Part shown: positions 59,828 through 64,000 of the stretch, piece by piece | Layout: each line of letters begins with the position of its first letter | Position numbering within the stretch: the stretch's first letter is position 1 | Source: an uncultured Clostridium sp. | Lineage (GTDB): Bacteria; Bacillota_I; Bacilli_A; RF39; UBA660 | NCBI GenBank assembly: GCA_905199855.1 | Contig: CAJKHY010000003.1 | Location: 6,823 to 70,822, forward strand | DNA: 64,000 nucleotides | Direction: 5' to 3' | Translations under genes and position numbers: made by a program | Notes under the pieces: model-generated | The model's input: only the letters and a program-made list of their open reading frames with translations | Database searches by the model: none | Told to the model about the DNA's origin: nothing

Positions 59828-62800
59828 ATGAAATATAAAACAATGGACGCGAATAATGCAGTTGCTAGTGTGGCTTATAATTTTACTGAAATATGTGGTA
59901 TATATCCAATAACTCCTGCTTCACCGATGGCAGAGTTAGTTGATAAAATGACTAAGGATAATGTTAATTTTTTTGGTAATAAAGTTAAAGTGGTAGAAAT
60001 GCAAAGTGAGGCGGGGGCAATAGGGCTTGCTCATGGTGCACTTCAAGCTGGGTCTTTAGCTACGACATTTACGGCTAGTCAAGGTTTGCTTTTAATGATA
60101 CCTTCATTATATAAGGTGGCTGGGGAAATGTTACCTTTAGTTATTCATGTTGCATCCCGTAGTATATCGACACATGCTTTATCAATTTTTGGTGATCATC
60201 AGGATATATATGCAACAAGAATGTCTGGGGTATGTATGTTATGTTCAAATAATCCAACGGAGGCTTATCATTTAGCCAATGTGGCTCATTTAGTGGCGAT
60301 TAAATCTAGTTTGCCTTTTATTCATTTTTTTGATGGATTTCGTACAAGTCATGAAATAAATAAGATTAGGTTAGTAGATGATGATAAAATAAAGGAATTA
60401 ATCGATAAGAAGAGTCTTGATGATTTTAGGGCGAAGGCGATTAATCCAGAAAGACCTAATACGAGAGGGACGGCTCAAAATGAGGATACTTATTTTCAAT
60501 GTATGGAAGTGAGAAATAAGTTTTATGAGGGGGCAATTCTTGATGTATGTTATTATATGGATAAGATTAATAAGATATGTAAGACTAATTATAAGCCATT
60601 TAATTATTATGGGGTAGATAATCCTGATACGATAATTATTGCTATGGGTAGTGTATGTGATACAATACATGAAACTGTTTCTTATTTGAATGATAAGTAT
60701 AATAAAAAATATGGAGTTATTTCAGTACATTTATATCGTCCCTTTAGTAATAAACATTTACTTAGTAAAATACCTAAGGGTGTTAAGAATATTGTTGTAT
60801 TAGATCGTAGTAAGGAAGCAGGTTCTAATGGAGAGGCACTTTATTTAGATGTTTGTAGTGCTTTAAAGGATGTGAATGTTAATATTTATGGTGGTAGATA
60901 TGGATTATCTTCTAAAAATACTACTCCTGCTCATATTAAGGCAATTTTTGATTATGTAGAAGAAGGGAAAATACATAATAATTTTACTATTGGTATTAAT
61001 GATGATGTAACTAATTTAAGTTTGGATTATGATAGGAATTTTATTATACCTAGTGATTTAGATGAGTATTTATTTTATGGCTATGGGTCTGATGGAATTG
61101 TTTCAACATCGAAAGATATTCTTAAGATTATTGGTGATAATACTAATAAGTATGTACAAGGTTATTTTCAATATGATTCTAAGAAAAGTGGGGGTGTTAC
61201 TAGGAGTTATTTGAGAATAGGAAATGAGGAGTTTCAAAAGCCATATTATCCTTTAAATCCTAGATTAGTTGTGGTTTCTAAGGATAGTTACATGTATAAG
61301 TATGATATTTTGGATAATATTTGTGATAATGGGATTCTTTTATTGAATACTAATTTAGATGAAAAAGAAATAGCTCTTAGTTTGCCTGATAAGGTTAAAT
61401 ATTTATTAGCTGTTAAGAATATTAAATTTTATATAATAGATGCAAATAAGATAGTTAATGAGATTGGACTTAAGAATAAGATTAGTACTTGTATGGAGAT
61501 TGTTATTTTTAAACTAATTAATATTATTAAGATAGATAAAGCAAAGACTATTATGAAGGAACAAAATAAACATAGGTTTTTAAGTAAGGGAGAAAAGATA
61601 ATTGAAATTAATAATGCTATAGTAGATAAGGCTCTTGATTATTTAGTAGAAGTTAAAGTAGAAGAGCAATGGAAGAATTTAAGTTATAAGGATAGTGTTT
61701 ATAAAAATAATGAGGAAGTTATTAATCATTTAAAGGGTGATGATTTACCAGTTTCTGCGTTTTTGAAGAACAAGGAAGGTATTTATGAAGGCGGTAATAC
61801 AAAGTATGAAAAGAGGAATATTGCGGATGTAGTACCCTTTTGGAAGAAGGAAAATTGTATCCAATGTAATCAATGTGCTTTTGTTTGTCCTCATTCGGTT
61901 ATTAGGCCATTTTTAACTGAGGATAAAGATAATTCTATTAAGGCAATACTTCCTAAGAGTGATATGGATGTAAATTATAAGGTGGCTATTAGTTATGAAG
62001 ACTGTACAGGATGTGGTTTATGTGTAAATGCTTGTCCTGGTAAGATGGGAAATAAAGCTTTGTGTTTAGTTAATTATGATAAGTGTAAAGGTCCTCAAAT
62101 GGATTTTGATAATTTGGTTAATAATAATTTAAATGATAAGTATAATTACGATGTTAAGAATGTTAAGAATACAATGTTTAATCGACCAAAGTTTGAATTT
62201 TCCGGAGCATGTGCTGGGTGTGGAGAGACACCTTATATTAAGAATTTAACGCAATATGTGGGCAATGGTTTAGTTATTGCTAATGCTACAGGATGTTCTT
62301 CAATTTATGGGGCTTCTTCACCATCAACGCCATATTCAGTGGCTTGGACTAGTTCTCTTTTTGAGGATAATAGTGAGTATGGTCTTGGAATTGAGATAAG
62401 TTATCAAAAGAAACGTGACGATTTAAGAGAATATCTTATGAATACTAAGTTTAGTAAAAAGAATAAGGAACTTGTTAAGAAGTTATTAGATAATTACGAT
62501 GATTATAATATATGTAAGTATGTTTATGATAATCTTGTTTATGATAATTATTTAGAAGAGAATAAGGACTATATTCTTCCTAAGACTGTTTTTGTTATTG
62601 GTGGGGATGGATTTGCTTATGATATTGGTTTTGGTGGTTTAGATCATGTTTTATCTACTGATAATGATATTAATATTTTGGTGCTTGATACGGAAGTTTA
62701 TTCTAATACTGGGGGGCAGGCATCAAAGTCTACTTCTCTTGGGGCAATTGCATCTTTTGCGTCTTCAGGTAAGACTAATTATAAGAAGGATTTGGCAAGG

Positions 62801-63211
62801 ATGGCAATGTGTTATCCTAATGCATATGTAGCTTGTGTTAATATTGGTTATAATAAGGAACAGTATTTAAAAGCACTTGGAGAGGCTATTAATCATAAGG
62901 GCCCTTCTTTGATTATTGCTTATGCTCCTTGTATAGAACATGGTATTAAGAAGGGAATGGGGACTGATTTAGAAAATGCTTCTTTGGCAACAAAATGTGG
63001 ATATTTTTTGACTTTTAGATATAATCCTGATATTTTAAAGTTTACGCTTGATAGTAAGAATGTTGATTTTAACCTTTATGAGGAATTTTTAAGCAGTCAA
63101 AATAGGTATAATGTTTTTGAAAATAAAGAATTACTGGAAAAACAAAAGACATGGGCAAAACAAAGATATGGTTATTATAAGAAATTAGAGGAAGAAAAAA
63201 ATTGCGAATAA
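59828..63211 (+). CDS. por: pyruvate:ferredoxin (flavodoxin) oxidoreductase, single-chain PFOR
   Basis: 1127 aa; two 4Fe-4S motifs CIQCNQCAFVCP and CTGCGLCVNACP; TPP-binding GGDGFAYDIGFGGLDHV. Confidence 0.95.
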   Translation: MKYKTMDANNAVASVAYNFTEICGIYPITPASPMAELVDKMTKDNVNFFGNKVKVVEMQSEAGAIGLAHGALQAGSLATTFTASQGLLLMIPSLYKVAGEMLPLVIHVASRSISTHALSIFGDHQDIYATRMSGVCMLCSNNPTEAYHLANVAHLVAIKSSLPFIHFFDGFRTSHEINKIRLVDDDKIKELIDKKSLDDFRAKAINPERPNTRGTAQNEDTYFQCMEVRNKFYEGAILDVCYYMDKINKICKTNYKPFNYYGVDNPDTIIIAMGSVCDTIHETVSYLNDKYNKKYGVISVHLYRPFSNKHLLSKIPKGVKNIVVLDRSKEAGSNGEALYLDVCSALKDVNVNIYGGRYGLSSKNTTPAHIKAIFDYVEEGKIHNNFTIGINDDVTNLSLDYDRNFIIPSDLDEYLFYGYGSDGIVSTSKDILKIIGDNTNKYVQGYFQYDSKKSGGVTRSYLRIGNEEFQKPYYPLNPRLVVVSKDSYMYKYDILDNICDNGILLLNTNLDEKEIALSLPDKVKYLLAVKNIKFYIIDANKIVNEIGLKNKISTCMEIVIFKLINIIKIDKAKTIMKEQNKHRFLSKGEKIIEINNAIVDKALDYLVEVKVEEQWKNLSYKDSVYKNNEEVINHLKGDDLPVSAFLKNKEGIYEGGNTKYEKRNIADVVPFWKKENCIQCNQCAFVCPHSVIRPFLTEDKDNSIKAILPKSDMDVNYKVAISYEDCTGCGLCVNACPGKMGNKALCLVNYDKCKGPQMDFDNLVNNNLNDKYNYDVKNVKNTMFNRPKFEFSGACAGCGETPYIKNLTQYVGNGLVIANATGCSSIYGASSPSTPYSVAWTSSLFEDNSEYGLGIEISYQKKRDDLREYLMNTKFSKKNKELVKKLLDNYDDYNICKYVYDNLVYDNYLEENKDYILPKTVFVIGGDGFAYDIGFGGLDHVLSTDNDINILVLDTEVYSNTGGQASKSTSLGAIASFASSGKTNYKKDLARMAMCYPNAYVACVNIGYNKEQYLKALGEAINHKGPSLIIAYAPCIEHGIKKGMGTDLENASLATKCGYFLTFRYNPDILKFTLDSKNVDFNLYEEFLSSQNRYNVFENKELLEKQKTWAKQRYGYYKKLEEEKNCE

Positions 63212-63293
63212 TTTAAAATATTTGCATTTTTTTGTATTATTTAAATATTCAATAAATTTTTTTCTACATAGAATTTATGTAGGAAGTGGTTAT

Positions 63294-63374
63294 ATGGAAT
63301 ATTTAGTTGATTATTTAATTGAGATAGTACTTACAATTACAACGACTTTAATTATTACTATACAAGAGAATTAA
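63294..63374 (+). CDS. 26-aa hydrophobic peptide (MEYLVDYLIEIVLTITTTLIITIQEN), speculative
   Basis: Good RBS (AGGAAGTGG, 5-nt spacer) immediately after a 7-bp hairpin CTACATA-gaatt-TATGTAG; single predicted TM. Confidence 0.25.
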   Translation: MEYLVDYLIEIVLTITTTLIITIQEN

Positions 63375-63612
63375 AAAAAATAGTTAGGACAATTGAAGTT
63401 AATCTTGTTTTTATTGTTGTTATTATAAAGAATATCTATGTTGAAAAATACTACTTATACACAAATAAGGGTTGTTTTTCTTTGAATGAAAATGAAACAC
63501 TTAATAATTTATATATTAAATATAAAAAATAGGTGGTAATAGAATAATTGACGATATAAGGGATGAAATAGATAAGATACCTATCAAGAAAGATTGCTAA
63601 GGAGGTGATATA

Positions 63613-63960
63613 ATGGATGTTTTAGTAACTCAAAAACTTTTGGATATATTGATGATTTCTGTTACTTTAAGTTCTGTTGTTATGGCTGCAATTCAAAAAT
63701 GTAAGAGTTTGCCTTTTGTAAAGAAAGAATGGCATATCTTTTTCTTGAATTTAATATTATCTTTTGGAATTGGAATACCTTTTGTATATAGTTTTTATGA
63801 GAAAGATTTGGTTATAAGTATGTGGATTAGTTTGTTTAGTTTTATTGGGGCTCCTGGAATATATAAGTTTTTGAAGAGTCAAAATATTATTAATTATACA
63901 CCTAAGAGTATGGATGATGATAGTATTAAGGTAGATAAAGATAATTATATAGATAGGTAG
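63613..63960 (+). CDS. small two-TM membrane protein, holin-like in shape
   Basis: 115 aa; two hydrophobic helices then a charged tail; AAGGAGGTG RBS. Confidence 0.3.
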   Translation: MDVLVTQKLLDILMISVTLSSVVMAAIQKCKSLPFVKKEWHIFFLNLILSFGIGIPFVYSFYEKDLVISMWISLFSFIGAPGIYKFLKSQNIINYTPKSMDDDSIKVDKDNYIDR

Positions 63961-64000
63961 AAAAAAACTCTGTGTAATAAGTTAATCTTATGTACATGGA

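Noticed and set aside
56090-63960. Prophage remnant (CI-like repressor at 56090 plus holin-like protein at 63613)
   Set aside because: The two are 7 kb apart and separated by metabolic genes (GATase, PFOR). There is no integrase, terminase, capsid or att-like repeat. They are treated as unrelated genes.

Overview
This window is about 28-30% GC and reads as the chromosomal replication-origin region of a low-GC, endospore-forming Firmicute using the standard genetic code. A Bacilli/Erysipelotrichia-like lineage is suggested by RpoE-delta, a ComK-like gene, SpoIIR, a BofA-like gene, PSP1/YaaT and a SleB-like hydrolase. The backbone closely follows the Bacillus oriC neighbourhood. On the minus strand it runs murA-fba ... 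spoIIR-prmC-prfA, rpoE(delta), argS, then rsmG-mnmG-mnmE-jag-yidC-rnpA-rpmH. On the plus strand it runs dnaA-dnaN-recF-gyrB-gyrA, then ffs (SRP RNA), tadA-dnaX-ybaB-recR-bofA-like-holB-yaaT-yabB-rsmI-pth-PP2C-mfd. After that come ppa, tRNA-Trp, a cell-wall cluster (sleB-like, asnB, a membrane-anchored MurF-like ligase, murE), a repressor plus twin VUT transporter operon, and a PFOR (pyruvate:ferredoxin oxidoreductase) cluster. oriC is bipartite, with DnaA-box clusters on both sides of dnaA. The features that stand out against this conserved backbone are listed here. (1) A standalone HerA/DUF87 hexameric-ATPase gene sits between rpmH and the oriC DnaA boxes. (2) Lineage-specific genes are inserted on both sides of mnmE, in the normally contiguous jag-mnmE-mnmG block. 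They include an HExxH protein, an ABC-exporter membrane domain with no ATPase, and a gene with a 60-bp in-frame tandem duplication. (3) Two unrelated-position genes share an ~80% identical promoter/leader. (4) A 2.4-copy 60-bp tandem repeat carries an 18-bp perfect palindrome (ATGTTTCACGTGAAACAT) and lies inside an extra cluster of consensus DnaA boxes downstream of gyrA. (5) A ComK-family gene lies between dnaN and recF, preceded by three helically phased Spo0A-box-like repeats. (6) A ParB protein has a ~350-aa low-complexity insertion and no ParA partner. No CRISPR array, no rRNA operon and no convincing mobile element were seen.
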